Origin: Eledone cirrhosa
Taxonomy: Eukaryota
DNA length: 64,000 nt
Assembly (NCBI GenBank): GCA_964016885.1
Contig: OZ024741.1
Span: 52,762,001 to 52,826,000, forward strand
Reading direction: 5' to 3'
Shown: positions 14,411 to 30,260 of the stretch, one piece after another
How the letters are laid out: each line of letters starts with the position of its first letter
Numbering within the stretch: position 1 is the stretch's first letter
The notes under the pieces: model-generated
What the model was told of the DNA's origin: nothing
The model's database searches: none
The model's input: the letters and a program-made list of their open reading frames with translations, nothing else
Translations under genes and position numbers: made by a program

Positions 14411-15640
14411 CACAGCGTTGTGCATAATCTAGAGTCCACCTGCATTTTAGCTGTCATATTATTAGTAACCTAAGCATACACACACAAGCGCGCAAATATC
14501 ATCACACTTGATTTTCCTTTTAAATCATTGTACATATGTCGACCAATCACATTATTTGATGTATTTTCATATATGCAGCACGCCGAGTCAGTATTTTAAT
14601 AGATATTTGAGTATTAACATGACAACCATTTCAAGCGGAAAACATGCACATATCATTCTTCTTCACGAGGAAGGCTATTCTCAGCGCCAAATGTCTGTAC
14701 GATTGGTAGTATCAAAGACTTGTGTTCAAAAACACTAGCCCGTAATACAACAATAGGCACTCTTAACCCAAACAAGCGGTATGGAAGGTCACGTAAGATA
14801 AGTGTTCAAACGGATCACATGATACGCCAACTTGCAGTGTCAAATCCAACTGCTTCCAGCCCATATATCCAAGTTCGACTTCCCCACGACACAAATATAA
14901 CACCATCTGGCAATGCTGTGTTAAGGATTTTAGCCTTCAGGCTTTTAAGCCAGCTGTCAAGCCTCAACTTTCAAATAAAAGCATCAAGGACCATCTGTTA
15001 TTCTGGAACACTTATCGTCGCTGGACTGCTGATCAACGGTGTGATGTAATGTTTAGTGATGAAACATTAATTATACAATTTGCTCATTATAATCACCATA
15101 TAAGAAGACCACCTGGACAGCGTTATAGTTCTCGTTATGTCAAACCAACAGTTAAACATCCACAATCATTAATGGTCTGGGGATCAATAAGCATAATGGG
15201 ACGAGCTGCATTGACAATAATTCCAGCAGTAAAGACTGAAAATACAAACATGTATTTGGAAATCATACGAGAAAAGGTCTCATTATGGATGGGGAGGCGT
15301 GTTAAGATATATCAACAAGATGGTGCTCCGTGCCATAATCAATTTTTTCGAGAATCTGATATTGAAGTGCTGCCACATTGGCCAGGCTCAGGTCCTGATT
15401 GAAAACTGTTGAAAGACAAAGTTACCAAGCTTTATCCCAGATCAATTACTGACTTACAACAAACAATTCTTAGTGTATTGACATAACACATTACTCCTGA
15501 ATATTGTGCTATCTTGGCGGACTCAATGCCTCGCAGAATTGCTGCAGTAATTGCTACTAAAGGCCATCAAATTACTGATTTGGAATGGACAATTTGTAGC
15601 ATCATGCTTTATTTTGTATGTTTGTAATATATACTATTTT
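14411..15640 (+). mobile_element. Tc1/mariner DNA transposon relic (transposase pseudogene about 14619-15578)
   Basis: HTH region EEGYSQRQMS, GRSRKIS, then FSDE, TVKHPQSLMVWG, QQDGAPCH, WPGSGPD, SMPRRIAAVI; TA then a TIR-like start; right TIR not found. Confidence 0.88.
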
Positions 15641-15997
15641 CATCTAATAATTCTATCTTGTTCAATATTAATCTAACATAATAAAATTATTAAGTTGGTC
15701 TCTGAATTAAGAGAAATAAGTGACACAGAAAATTCGGAAAGGATCTATGCAGTTTCAGTTTCCGCTCATCAACTGTCTTCTGAGATCGTTATAGATTCGT
15801 ATTTCAAAAGACAGGACTGAACTTCCCAGGAAGATAGCTATTCGGGATGGAAACAAAACAAGACAAAATCACTATTTATCTAAATGGGCCAGGAGAATTC
15901 CTACAATCAAATGCAGTAAACATCTATATATCTCTGTCTATCTATATAGAAAGAGGAATCATAAAGATAAATTTACAGCTATACTCACGCACATATG

Positions 15998-16029
<32 letters not shown>

Positions 16030-16040
16030 TGTATGTATGT

Positions 16041-16445
16041 ATGTATGTATGTATGTATGTAGGCAGAATTCTAGGAGTAGGAAAACTCTGATATAACACC
16101 TGCAAACCTGATGGTATCCAATGATGTTGACTTGTTCTTCTTTTTGGTAAATATCATCTTGGTTATGAGAGTGGGACTGGCTTTGTGCAGTGCCTTTGCT
16201 CACTATAAAAGCTTCACGGCACAGGCATTGCTTTATATCTGGAGATCTCTCTGCACTTGTCGTCACATGGTACCATGGGCCCAGCACTATGTGTCAATAA
16301 TTATCACAAGTGTAGTGTTTGTACCAGAGTTTTCAAGTCGCTGGCTGGACTAAAAAGTCACACTCGTTCAGCGCATCGGTAGGGGTTCTCCTACATGGAT
16401 ATAAAGTAGTGGCCATACTCGAAAACGAGTTGGCAGCCACCATGT
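16041..16445 (+). mobile_element. Non-coding retroposon in (ATGT)n, 5'-truncated copy
   Basis: Near-identical to 25603-25985 and partly to 60038-60315 (-); preceded by (ATGT)n and ends CCACCATGTATGTA. Confidence 0.7.
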
Positions 16446-16524
16446 ATGTAGGTAGGCGGAAGAATTCATAAGAGTCGGCGGCCACCCAAAAATGTGTAAA
16501 TATATATATATATATATATATGAA

Positions 16525-16839
<315 letters not shown>

Positions 16840-16840
16840 T

Positions 16841-16987
16841 GAAGGCGTGTGGCTGTGCGGTTAGAGAATTGGATTCGCAATCGTAAGGTTGTGAGTTCGA
16901 TTCATGGACCAGGCGATGCGTTATGTCCTTGAGCAAGACACTTTATTTCACGTTGCTCCTTCTACAAGGAGTTGCGACCGATAGATA
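16841..16987 (+). mobile_element. tRNA-derived SINE family B, 3'-truncated, inverted relative to its neighbour
   Basis: Almost exact reverse complement of 16596-16742. Confidence 0.8.
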
Positions 16988-16989
16988 AT

Positions 16990-17564
16990 TTTTTTACCCT
17001 GCTGTTACCCGTCTATTTCGTTCTTACTGCTTCTTCTTTCTCTGTATCTTTACCCTCTCTAGCAGTCACTCTCTCTGTTAGCCTCTTCCTCACCCTTCAC
17101 TCACTCATTCTCCGTTACTACCTCTCCTCCTCCTCCTTTTTCCCGTTTGACCTGTGCGTAATTCTTTTCTTTCGCACGCTTGGCCAGGCCGGTCGGCATT
17201 TTTTCTCTCTCTCGTCTACGATTTCACAGAACTTATGTTTACCGAATTCACAGACTAGACCCCTTCTTCCTCCCGTTAGACCTGTGCGAAATTCCTTCCT
17301 TGCTCTCATTTCAACCAGGTTTGATGGTCTTTATTCTCTCTCGTTCACGATTTCACAGAATTTAAATTCATAGAAATTTGGGACTTGACTCCTTCTTCCT
17401 AACTTTTCGTTGCTTCACCATTTTTGTTTGTTTGCAGTCGTGTCCCCTTTATTTATGTGTCCCAACGACTTTTTTTAGCCGTTGCTCGCCCCAACCGGAG
17501 GTATATGGTCTTTAAAGCGATGAAATACCAATGATGGTTGGAAGATCACTGATGAAGGACTAAC

Positions 17565-17570
<6 letters not shown>
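16990..17570 (+). repeat. pLTR-like repeat family with a non-canonical CTGANGA motif
   Basis: Related to 41559-42233, 52060-52180 and 53882-54540. Confidence 0.6.
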
Positions 17571-17620
<50 letters not shown>

Positions 17621-17887
17621 TGGATGATGTAGAAACAGGTTTATCAAGGGCCGTAGCAAAGATAGAGGCAGAAGGAGGTAGGTCAAACTAGCCACAGCTA
17701 TTGCTAGCAGCAGTCAGAACGACCAAATTTGTTCTCAACATTAGTGGAGGTAGTAGTAATAGGATATACGTTCCTTCACGCACAAGGCGCCAAGGTACGC
17801 ATATATCCACTCTCATCCCAGGAACAGTTTTGATAGCGCTAGTCTGTGATTTAAATTCAGGAATTTTATATTCTTTGAATGAAAAGA

Positions 17888-17971
17888 ACCTTCTGACGAG
17901 AATCTTTCTTTGCAACGAAGGCCGTATGGTCTCCGTTTTATTTTTGGGATTCGAAACCGATCGGTAAAGGT
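17888..17971 (+). ncRNA. Canonical type I hammerhead ribozyme
   Basis: ACCTT-CTGACGA-GAATCTT..GGGATTC-GAAA-CCGATCGG-TA-AAGGT; palindromic stem III. Confidence 0.88.
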
Positions 17972-18368
17972 AACTATAGTAGGTAGTCAATTTTTTAAAA
18001 TCTATTTTGAAACTTTTTCATTATTTGCTAAACCTTGTTTATATTTGTTCTGGCTCGTTAATTTATTAACCCGCCATTGAACCACACTGGCATCTGGTTG
18101 GACAATACATGCGTACCTTGGCGCCTTGTGCGTGAAGGAACGTATATCCTATTACTACTACCTCCACTAATGTTGAGAACAAATTTGGTCGTTCTGACTG
18201 CTGCTAGCAATAGCTGTGGCTAGTTTGACCTACCTCCTTCTGCCTCTATCTTTGCTACGGCCCTTGATAAACCTGTTTCTACATCATCCACTCTCATCCC
18301 AGGAACAGTTTTGATAGCGCTAGTCTGTGATTTAAATTCAGGAATTTTATATTCTTTGAATGAAAAGA

Positions 18369-18452
18369 AACTTCTGACGAGAATCTTTCTTTGCAACGAA
18401 GGCCGTATGGTCTCCGTTTTATTTTTGGGATTCGAAACCGATCGGTAAAGGT
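18369..18452 (+). ncRNA. Canonical type I hammerhead ribozyme, second tandem copy
   Basis: Copy of 17888-17971, 481 bp downstream, with one stem I change. Confidence 0.85.
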
Positions 18453-18630
18453 AACTATAGTAGGTAAAGTCAATTTTTTAAAATTTATTTTGAAACTTTT
18501 TCATTATTTGCTAAACCTTGTTTATATTTGTTCTGGCTCGTTAATTTATTAACCCGCCATTGAACCACACTGGCATTTGGTTGGACAATACATGCGTACC
18601 TTGGCGTCTTGTGCGTGAAGGAACGTATAT

Positions 18631-18683
<53 letters not shown>

Positions 18684-18687
<4 letters not shown>

Positions 18688-19269
18688 AAGGGTATGGATA
18701 TTTCAACAGGCACTAGGTACCTATAGAAATATGCAAGGTGTTTATAATAGTTGTGATTCGATGGTACTAATTTGAGATACCAGAACAATATAAAAAGAGC
18801 TGAGCAAGCAATTATCAAACAATTCTCTAAATAAATTAAAAAAACGATTTAAATAATCACCTGTTCTATTGCTGTTAGCGACGGTCTCACCAATCCAAAC
18901 ATTAGAAATCCAGAGAATTTCCAATGGAAAGAATTAGATCGTCAGACAGCTTATTTCCATACTATAAGGTTGCTAATCTCACAGTAAGTCAACATTTCGC
19001 TTCCTGCCTAACGCATGCGGCCAGGCCGTTGAAATGACACACACGCAAAATCAGGTCGCAAGTAAGAGCTGTTTATTATAAACTTGTTGATACTGCCACT
19101 AAAACCAACAGCACTATACAACGTTTTGTTCTCTACATAAGGAGAACAATTATAAAAGGGTATGGATATTTCAACAGGCACTAGGTACCTATAGAAATAT
19201 ACAAGGTGTTTATAATAGTTGTGGTTCGATGGTACTCATTTGAGATACCAGAACAATATAAAAAGAGCG
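18684..19269 (-). repeat. 468-bp tandem pLTR-like unit (1.25 copies) with a degenerate HHR at 18871-18950
   Basis: 18684-18800 repeats at 19152-19268; minus strand GCTGT-CTGACGA-TCTAATTC..GGATTGGT-GAGA-CCGTCGC-TA-ACAGC. Confidence 0.65.
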
Positions 19270-20145
19270 GACATTGCTGAGTTTTTGAGTATCAGGTATT
19301 TAGAGGTCATGGGTTTAGCATAGTTTGAGTGGAGAATTTGGGCTCTCTCGTCTATAGTGTTAATCCAGAGTTCCGAGTCTAATACAGGTAGTCTATTGTT
19401 AGGGTGTTTGGAAGGGTAGTCGATAGTTACAGTTATACTCTGGTGTATGGAAATAGCTATCTGCTGGATGCTTTCCATTGTGCTACGTTCTAAATCAAAC
19501 TTGTTAGTGCTCTCTTGTGGGGATGTCCTTATTACTATATTGATGTCGTCTACGTAACGAGAGTACATGATGAGATCTATGGAGCTCTCATCAAGGAGAT
19601 TTTTGAGTCTCCTTTCCCACCATACCATAAAAAGGTTGGCAACATCACCAGCTATGCTGACACCAATGGCTGCTCCCTCATTTTGAGTGTAGATCTTCTC
19701 GTTGAACTTGAATATGTGGCCCTTTAGGGTAGTTTTGATACTAACCCCTATTGCATGTGCGACCATTTTTCTTACCTGATCATTGTTTTGGGGGGTCCGT
19801 ATAGGTTTAGTCCACCCAATCCACCTTCCCATGGGAGTCTTTTTTGCCATTGAGGTTATGGTGGGGGTCTACCTCTTATGGGTCTACTGGGGCATAAACG
19901 TCTAAGGTCATGGCTGTCTAAGGTCATGACAGTGTCGTAGGTAAGTCTAAGTAGGAGGCCCAGTTCGTCTGTGTCGACGTCGCAGAACGCCACCTCACTC
20001 TCAATGATCATCTCTCTCCACACATTTTTCCACAGCAAAATCAATGTTAATGGATGGGTACAGTGAAACCATATCCATACTGCCTATTATGCAGTTGGAT
20101 AGGTTCCTGTTTTTGTTGCACTCACTGATTATGCTGAGGAGGTCC
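19270..20145 (-). pseudogene. Penelope-like reverse transcriptase fragment
   Basis: GSMDMVSLYPSI, QNEGAAIG, YSRYVDD, TIDYPSKHPNNRLPVLD, YAKPM; frameshifted. Confidence 0.85.
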
Positions 20146-20352
20146 TCTGGACTGTCACATACATCAGACAACAACACAACGGTAACATAGACAACATAGA
20201 AGTTAGAATAATATCTAAACATAGAAATGACCCAGCAGATAGGCAAACCAGAGTGGCCAGCGAAATAGAACTTAGACGGCCAAGGCTAAACAGAAAAAAA
20301 TTAATGGAATAACAACAACACCCAAACAAACAACACTGACCTCAGAGATGTA

Positions 20353-20383
<31 letters not shown>

Positions 20384-20981
20384 ATACATACACAAGCACA
20401 ACAACAACAAACACATATAAACACACACTAGTAAACTAAGATAGAATACATTAACCAATACACAGTCAACCAAACAAGAACACACATCAAACAAAACACT
20501 ATACACACACGCAAACGCATGCGCAGAGAAGACAAAAAAACAACAAATAAATAAATAAATAAACAGACTAAATAAAGATGGCGTAGGCATACAATGCAAC
20601 GGGAGGAAGCATAATAGCACCACTGACGATGTTGCAGATGTGCAACGAAATAACTTTGATAGACTATATATAGTCATATATAGTCATTTTAGCCATTATC
20701 AGGCAAAAATTCCTTTAGTCAAAAATACGGTGAAAGCTATTATATATATATATACATATATAAATGTTCGGTGAATCCATACGTATATATATATATGTGT
20801 GCATATATGTATATATATATACATACTACTGTACGTCTGTATACATATATGTATGTACGTGTACATACTTATATTTAAGTAACAGCCTCACTAAGAGTGG
20901 GAAATGAAATTTCGTTTCATTTTTTCCGTTTATATATATATATACATATGTATATATATACATATGTATATATGTATATAC

Positions 20982-21069
<88 letters not shown>

Positions 21070-21176
21070 TATTTTCCGTTGTGTTGTAATATAAATATTA
21101 CACACAGTAGATTATCAGCTCGCGTAGAGTTTGCTCGACGGTTTCAGTTGTAGTTCCAAAAGTAATCCGGAGAAAA

Positions 21177-23178
<2,002 letters not shown>

Positions 23179-23375
23179 TGAGAAAACCCACACACCCTCC
23201 ATCTCAACTCTACTTTTGAAAAGAACTGCGAAACCGGTAAAGGAATCAAATAAATATATATATATATATTTTAAAAATAAGATTCCAGTTGCATTTTCGA
23301 TTTCACCTTTTTTTCTTTATACTTTCACTCGTGTAGGACACCTCGGTTATTTTTCATTTTGTAAAAAAATCTCAC

Positions 23376-23406
<31 letters not shown>

Positions 23407-23478
23407 CGTATATATATATATTAGAAAGTGAGATTTTTTTACAAAATGAAAAATAACATAATAATATACATATACACA

Positions 23479-23544
<66 letters not shown>

Positions 23545-23548
<4 letters not shown>

Positions 23549-23640
23549 AACGAATAGGACCCCGACGGCTGAGCTCAAGCCGTCGGGGTCCTACTCGTTC
23601 CTATTACCCACTCTACTACCCTAAGTATTAAGTACCCTAA
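23545..23640. repeat. Short palindromic pLTR-end fragment
   Basis: TAGGACCCCGACGGCT..AGCCGTCGGGGTCCTA; family also at 39790, 41308-41490, 51505-51590, 56040-56197. Confidence 0.65.
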
Positions 23641-24023
23641 GTAAATAATCGAGAATCAGAATCTCGGCCCACGAAATAACGATAAACAATTTTCGACATG
23701 TGTGGCAGAGGGCTCAATAAACCAGAGCTATAACTATCGTTAAAATACCAATCATTCGCACAGCCGAAAAAAATGACCAGGAAAATTCGGATCACTCAAA
23801 TAATAAATTAATAAATTAATAAATTAAATGAATGTAAAAACTCACCCGGACCCGCTAGAAGGATGTTAAATTCTAGCTTTTTGGGTTTCTGCAGTTCCTT
23901 AATCAATTACTGTCGGCCCACATAAAAAAATATATCTGACTTCTAGTAAAGAGACGAACGAGGAAACTGCTTTCTCAGCGGATATAAATATTAATAAAGT
24001 AGATGTTCTTTTGATCAATTACC

Positions 24024-24074
24024 TTTTATTATACATATTTCGGATGTACAACAGTACGTCCTCATCAGACAAAA
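24024..24074 (-). ncRNA. Type I hammerhead ribozyme
   Basis: TTTTGT-CTGATGA-GGACGTAC(tgtt)GTACATCC-GAAA-TATGTA-TA-ATAAAA. Confidence 0.82.
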
Positions 24075-24128
24075 TATAATGATACATGACATAGCCTGAG
24101 ATGTTAAATGGTTAAGATTTAATCAAGG

Positions 24129-24271
<143 letters not shown>

Positions 24272-24405
24272 TTATATATATATATATATAAAATATTAAA
24301 AAAATAATGAATAAAACAATGAAACAGTTCTTTATATTAAACAAAAAAAGTTCATTATTTAACGATCGTTTCTAGGACATATATGTGTTAGAATTGGCAT
24401 GCATA

Positions 24406-24627
<222 letters not shown>

Positions 24628-24658
24628 CATATATATATGTATATGTATATATATATAC

Positions 24659-24706
<48 letters not shown>

Positions 24707-24777
24707 ATATGTATATGTATATGTATATATATACATATATACATATATATATATGTATGTATATATATATATATATG

Positions 24778-24992
24778 GGCGTGTGGCTGAGTGGTTAGAG
24801 AATTGGATTTTCAATCGTGAGGTTGTGAGTTTGATTCCAGACCCGGGCGATGCGTAATGTACTTGAGCAAGACACTTTATTTCACGTTGCTCCTTTTACC
24901 TGGAGTTGCTACCGATAGATAGTATTAGCAATTGGGAAGACCAATGGAAACATTGTTTCCTCGGTCCGATTTGACAAAAGTCGATCGTTTCT
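24778..24992 (+). mobile_element. tRNA-derived SINE, family B
   Basis: Homologous over its length to 16525-16742; in (TA)n. Confidence 0.8.
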
Positions 24993-25090
24993 ATATATAT
25001 ATATATATTTGAACCGATCGTTCCTATATATATATTTGAACCGTTAAGATCTCCTTCCTGCATATTTCAATATTTATAAAGCAAGCTTTG

Positions 25091-25155
25091 TATTTTATCT
25101 GATGAGAGCGTACCAAAGTTTTGGTACCCTTGAAATATATATATATAATAGAATA
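25091..25155 (+). ncRNA. Type I hammerhead ribozyme
   Basis: TATTTTAT-CTGATGA-GAGcGTACCAA(agtt)TTGGTACcCTT-GAAA-(TA)n-TA-ATAGAATA. Confidence 0.82.
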
Positions 25156-25277
25156 AATATGATTTTATAAATATAGTTTCCATTTATTAATATCATTGCA
25201 CGATAGAATTAATTGATAATTATTAATAATGTTATATCGTGCAATAGCCATACTCGATAACGAGGGGGCAGCCATCA

Positions 25278-25313
<36 letters not shown>

Positions 25314-25435
25314 TGTATGTATGTATGTATGTATGTATGTATGTATGTGCGTATGTATGTATGTATGTATGTATGTATGTATGTATGTATCTATACATGT
25401 ATGTATGTATGTATGTATGTATGTATGTATATATC

Positions 25436-25990
25436 GGGTCGTTGGCGACTAAACTGGCAACCCCACCAAGGTTTCTTGGTGAGGAGGGTGACTTTGGACA
25501 TCCTGCAGGACTAAAAACAAAACCTGTCAAAGGGCAAAGGAGCTCTTAAGAGTCAATGGCCATCCAAAATCACCGGGAGAGATGACCCCTTAGCCTTTGT
25601 CAAGGCAGAATTCTAGGAGAAGGAAAACTCTGATATAACACCTGCAACCCTGATGGTATCCAATGATGTTGACTTGTTCTTCTTTTTGGTAAATATCATC
25701 TTGGTTAAGAGAGTGGGACTGGCTTTGTGCAGTGCCTTTGCTCACTATAAAAGCTTCACGGCACAGGCATTGCTTTATATCTGGAGATCTCTCTGCACTT
25801 GTCGTCACATGGTACCATGGGCCCAGCACTATGTGTCAGTAATTGTCACAAGTGTAGTGTTTGTACCAGAGTTTTCAAGTCGCTGGCTGGACTAAAAAGT
25901 CACACTCGTTCAGCGCATCGGTAGGGGTTCTCCTACATGGATATAAAGTAGTGGCCGTACTCGAAAACGAGTTGGCAGCCACCATGTATC
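25436..25990 (+). mobile_element. Non-coding retroposon in (ATGT)n, longest copy (possibly RTE-derived)
   Basis: (ATGT)n on both sides; 3' tip of another copy at 25246-25277; 5' part resembles RTE 5' UTRs (recalled, unverified). Confidence 0.65.
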
Positions 25991-26079
25991 TATACATGTA
26001 TGTATGTATGTATGTATGTATGTATGTATGTACATAACAAAATATAATATATATGTATATATATATATATATATATAAT

Positions 26080-26571
26080 ACAATATGTTGAAAAGGTAAC
26101 ACACTAGAGAGAGATAGTGTGCCATCAATAAAACAGGAAAACCACCAGTGTATGGAATCTATAATCAATGGAAGGCAGGGTAGACACACAATAATTAAAA
26201 ATATGAATTAAAATGTATATACGCACCTCTATAACTATATAACAGACGCGTACAAATCCAAAGAGATCTGTTTCGCCAGGAAGTTGTCGACTGAAATGGT
26301 TCATCAGCGCGTGCAAGACTATACATTCCAGACAACTTAGAGGTGCATATATACATTTTAATTTATATTTTTAATTCTTGTGTGACTCCACTGCCTTCCA
26401 TAGATTATAGATTCCATACACTGGTGGTTTACCTGTTTTATTGATGGCACACTATCTCTCTCTAGTGTGTTACCTTTTCAACATATTGTATTTTAAAGAG
26501 CTCAGGATTCCTTTTCCTTTGAGCACATTATTGACAGGGAATAACGACAGTCTATGGCTCCGTTAATTTAT

Positions 26572-26575
<4 letters not shown>
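26080..26575. mobile_element. Fold-back pLTR-like element with an HHR in the loop
   Basis: About 26080-26231 is inverted at 26338-26489; related fold-back at 39568-39772. Confidence 0.7.
26246..26312 (-). ncRNA. Canonical type I hammerhead ribozyme
   Basis: ACGCG-CTGATGA-ACCA..TGGC-GAAA-CAGATC(tctttg)GATTTG-TA-CGCGT. Confidence 0.88.
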
Positions 26576-26633
<58 letters not shown>

Positions 26634-26963
26634 TGCTGTTTTGTAGTTGAGTCCACAAAGGCAAAAACAAAATGACTACACAGTGAGAAAATAAACAAGC
26701 TGTGGCGGTGAGCTTTATGATGGTTTCCGACAGACATCATTTCTAGCTGCTGTATGCAATAAGTACATCTTTCACAGTGGTTACTGATGTCATGATGCAT
26801 GGATCTCATATCAAATATAAAAAATATTAATTTATTGCTTCAGAAAAGCATAAATATTTATAGAATGAGTAATGGAGCAATGGAATTTAGCATTTTATTC
26901 TACGGCTTAATAGAAGTCAATAATTTGATATATAACTGAGTGATATATATCATTTTGTTCTAG

Positions 26964-27580
26964 ATGAATGGATGTCTAAAATACCTCGCAAGCCTCGCGT
27001 GGAACCCTGAAGAAAGCGATACGGACTTCTTCATAAAATGGAAGATACAGAAAAAATCCATACCCTACATTAAGGGATTGAAAACTTGTTATTTATGTAC
27101 CACAGAAAAGTGGAACATACATACACAACAGTTTTCGAAAGGAACTCCTTGAATACTCGCTCGGATATCTTCAATTGTTGCCCAAAAGAAACTTTTTTTC
27201 TGATGGAATGGTTTACACCGAACTAAACATTGATTTAACTTTGTTACGTGCCTACTCTCTACACATAAGTTAGCTCATCTTTATCTGTTTGGAGTTTTCT
27301 CCCTAACGTCTTACGGGGTTCACCCCCAGATTAGCCCCCTTTTATTTTCATATCCATATATTTTGACGTTCTCTACCTTACCTCTTACAGAGTTTACTAA
27401 TATCCCCATAACCACTTGACATTAATTCCCCCACCTAGCTTTAGAACTCTCCTATATTAAAAATAATCTTCCCCGAAGTAATTCTATTATGAAATGGCAA
27501 ACTGAATGAGTTGGTTTAAGGCCAACGAAACACGAAGAATATTTGTCTAAAAAAATCGTTGTGTAATTGATTTTATGTAT
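26964..27580 (+). mobile_element. Penelope-like endonuclease C-terminal fragment and pLTR
   Basis: LASLAW...IKWKI...CYLCTTEK...LNTRSDIFNCC; HHR-like motif at 27496-27547 (CTGAATGA-GTTGG..CCAAC-GAAAC). Confidence 0.7.
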
Positions 27581-27596
27581 GTGTGTATGTATGTAT

Positions 27597-27677
<81 letters not shown>

Positions 27678-27954
27678 TATGATTGTGTGTGCGCGTGCGT
27701 ATGCATGTACGCATGTATATATTCGTTTAATCGAACAGTATCATTGGTACACCCGCCAATACATCATTTTCAACCCACACAATCACACATATACACATAC
27801 GTGTATAACAAGTAAACAAGTGGAAAACAACTGTTGAAGTCGCCTAATAACTTGATAAATATCTGTGGAATAAATCTAACACACTATTATATGAATATAT
27901 ATATATATATATATATACATTTACCAATGTATATAGATATAGATATATACATAC

Positions 27955-28027
<73 letters not shown>

Positions 28028-28120
28028 TTTACCATTGTATATATATACACATGTACGATTGTAACACTTATATACGCATACACTTAAACCACTGTTAAAC
28101 CTACGTTTTTAAATTTTATA

Positions 28121-28176
<56 letters not shown>

Positions 28177-28246
28177 TATATATATGTGTGTGTGTATATA
28201 CATAGATACACACACACACATAACAGCGTAACATGCATATACATAC

Positions 28247-28349
<103 letters not shown>

Positions 28350-28395
28350 CATATATATATATACACATGAATATATATACGTGCATGCACTCACA

Positions 28396-28514
<119 letters not shown>

Positions 28515-28939
28515 ATATCTACACATATTTATGCATGATCATTTTAAAATAATAATTAAAGATCTAAACAATAATTTCTAATTAGTTTTAATGTTCTAAG
28601 AAGTGAAAACTAGATTCCATTAATTAAGCGCCAGGCGAAAACAGGAAAAGAAGCGTAAAGCAACTACTCAATTGCTCTCCATTGTTCACGCATGCGTTAT
28701 TGCAATGTCACCGTGACCGCACTTCCTGTCTCCAGGGACGGAAACGCAAAAATTTCTGGTTGTATATGAAATATGGAAATTAACTGACATTCCATCCCAC
28801 CACATCCCCACAACCCACTCGTTTTCTATCACTGAATATCACGTGGTTCCAGTCTGCCAGACAAGACACGTTACCATCTTTTCTTTCATTGGCAATCGTG
28901 GTGTAATATATATATACATATATACATACGCACATACAC

Positions 28940-28985
<46 letters not shown>

Positions 28986-28994
28986 GTGTATCTA

Positions 28995-29046
<52 letters not shown>

Positions 29047-29229
29047 TATGTATATATATATATATATATATGTATGTATATTTATATACATATATATATA
29101 CATGTATATATTTATACACACAGACACAGACACACACACACATATATATACATACACACACACATACACACACACACACACATATTTATATATAGCGAGA
29201 GAAAGAGATGGGAGAAGTGGAGAGATCTG

Positions 29230-29285
29230 TTTCTTTATTAGCCATAGGGGCACAAAAGAAGGGGACAAATACAAAGGGGGAAGTG
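29230..29285 (-). mobile_element. Isolated Tx1 LINE 3' tip
   Basis: Reverse complement of 6384-6438, next to GATAGATAG. Confidence 0.65.
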
Positions 29286-29630
29286 GAGAGATAGATAGAC
29301 TGAAGTGTATGGGTGCACAAGGAAGGGAAGAACAGTAGGGTACAACTGAAAGATGGGCAACAGTATAGAAATACGGCAGGGAGTAATATACAGACAGATG
29401 GTAAAGTGAACGAGTGAGAGATAGGTAGAAAGAGATATATATAGAAAGAGAGAGAGAGAGAGATAGAGAGAGGGGGCTTTGTGGTGTTGGCAGCAGTTTG
29501 GCATAGAACTTGTATTGAGTTCCGTTCTACAAAATTCTGATTTCAAATTCTCCCTGTGGCCATTCATGTCTTTAGGGTTGAAAAAGGAAATATAGCAAAA
29601 AATCATACAGACCTTGTTTAAATGTCATCT

Positions 29631-29690
<60 letters not shown>

Positions 29691-29722
29691 TTATATATAT
29701 GTATATATATATATATATATAT

Positions 29723-29832
<110 letters not shown>

Positions 29833-30044
29833 AAAGAGGTGGTGAGGGGGAGTGAGCGACGGAAAGGATAGATAAAAAGACTTGAGACAGAACAGAAATG
29901 AGAATCTGTGGGAGGAACATATTACCGTGGGTAATAAAATTAATTTGGTTTATTTTTATAACCTTAAGTCTATTATAGTATAATCCTATAATATTATGCT
30001 ATATTTGACTCATCATCAATAAAAGAGGAGAGACGTGTGATGGA

Positions 30045-30260
30045 GTGGCGGTATTACAAGATCGTGACAGATAAAATGGTATGCGGTATTTAGTTACGAC
30101 TTTCTAAGTTTTGAGTTCATATTCTGCAGTGGTCAACTTTTCATTTAATCTTTCTGGGGTCTTTAAATTAAAATATTATTTAAGTACCTGGGTCGATATT
30201 ATCACCCCCCCCCGACCTTCCACCATATTGTTGGCTTTGTACCAATGTTAGAAAGAATTG
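30045..30260 (+). mobile_element. Old, degenerate SINE family A copy
   Basis: TGAGTTCATATTC..GGTCAACTTTTCATTTAATC..AAGTACC..TTTGTACCAATGTTAGAAA. Confidence 0.55.

Larger units (their letters stand above)
17614..18632 (+). mobile_element. Retrozyme-like 481-bp tandem repeat (about 1.7 units) with an inverted 5' segment
   Basis: 17806-18286 repeats from 18287; 17614-17800 is the reverse complement of about 18110-18296; one HHR per unit; (TA)n on both sides. Confidence 0.8.
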
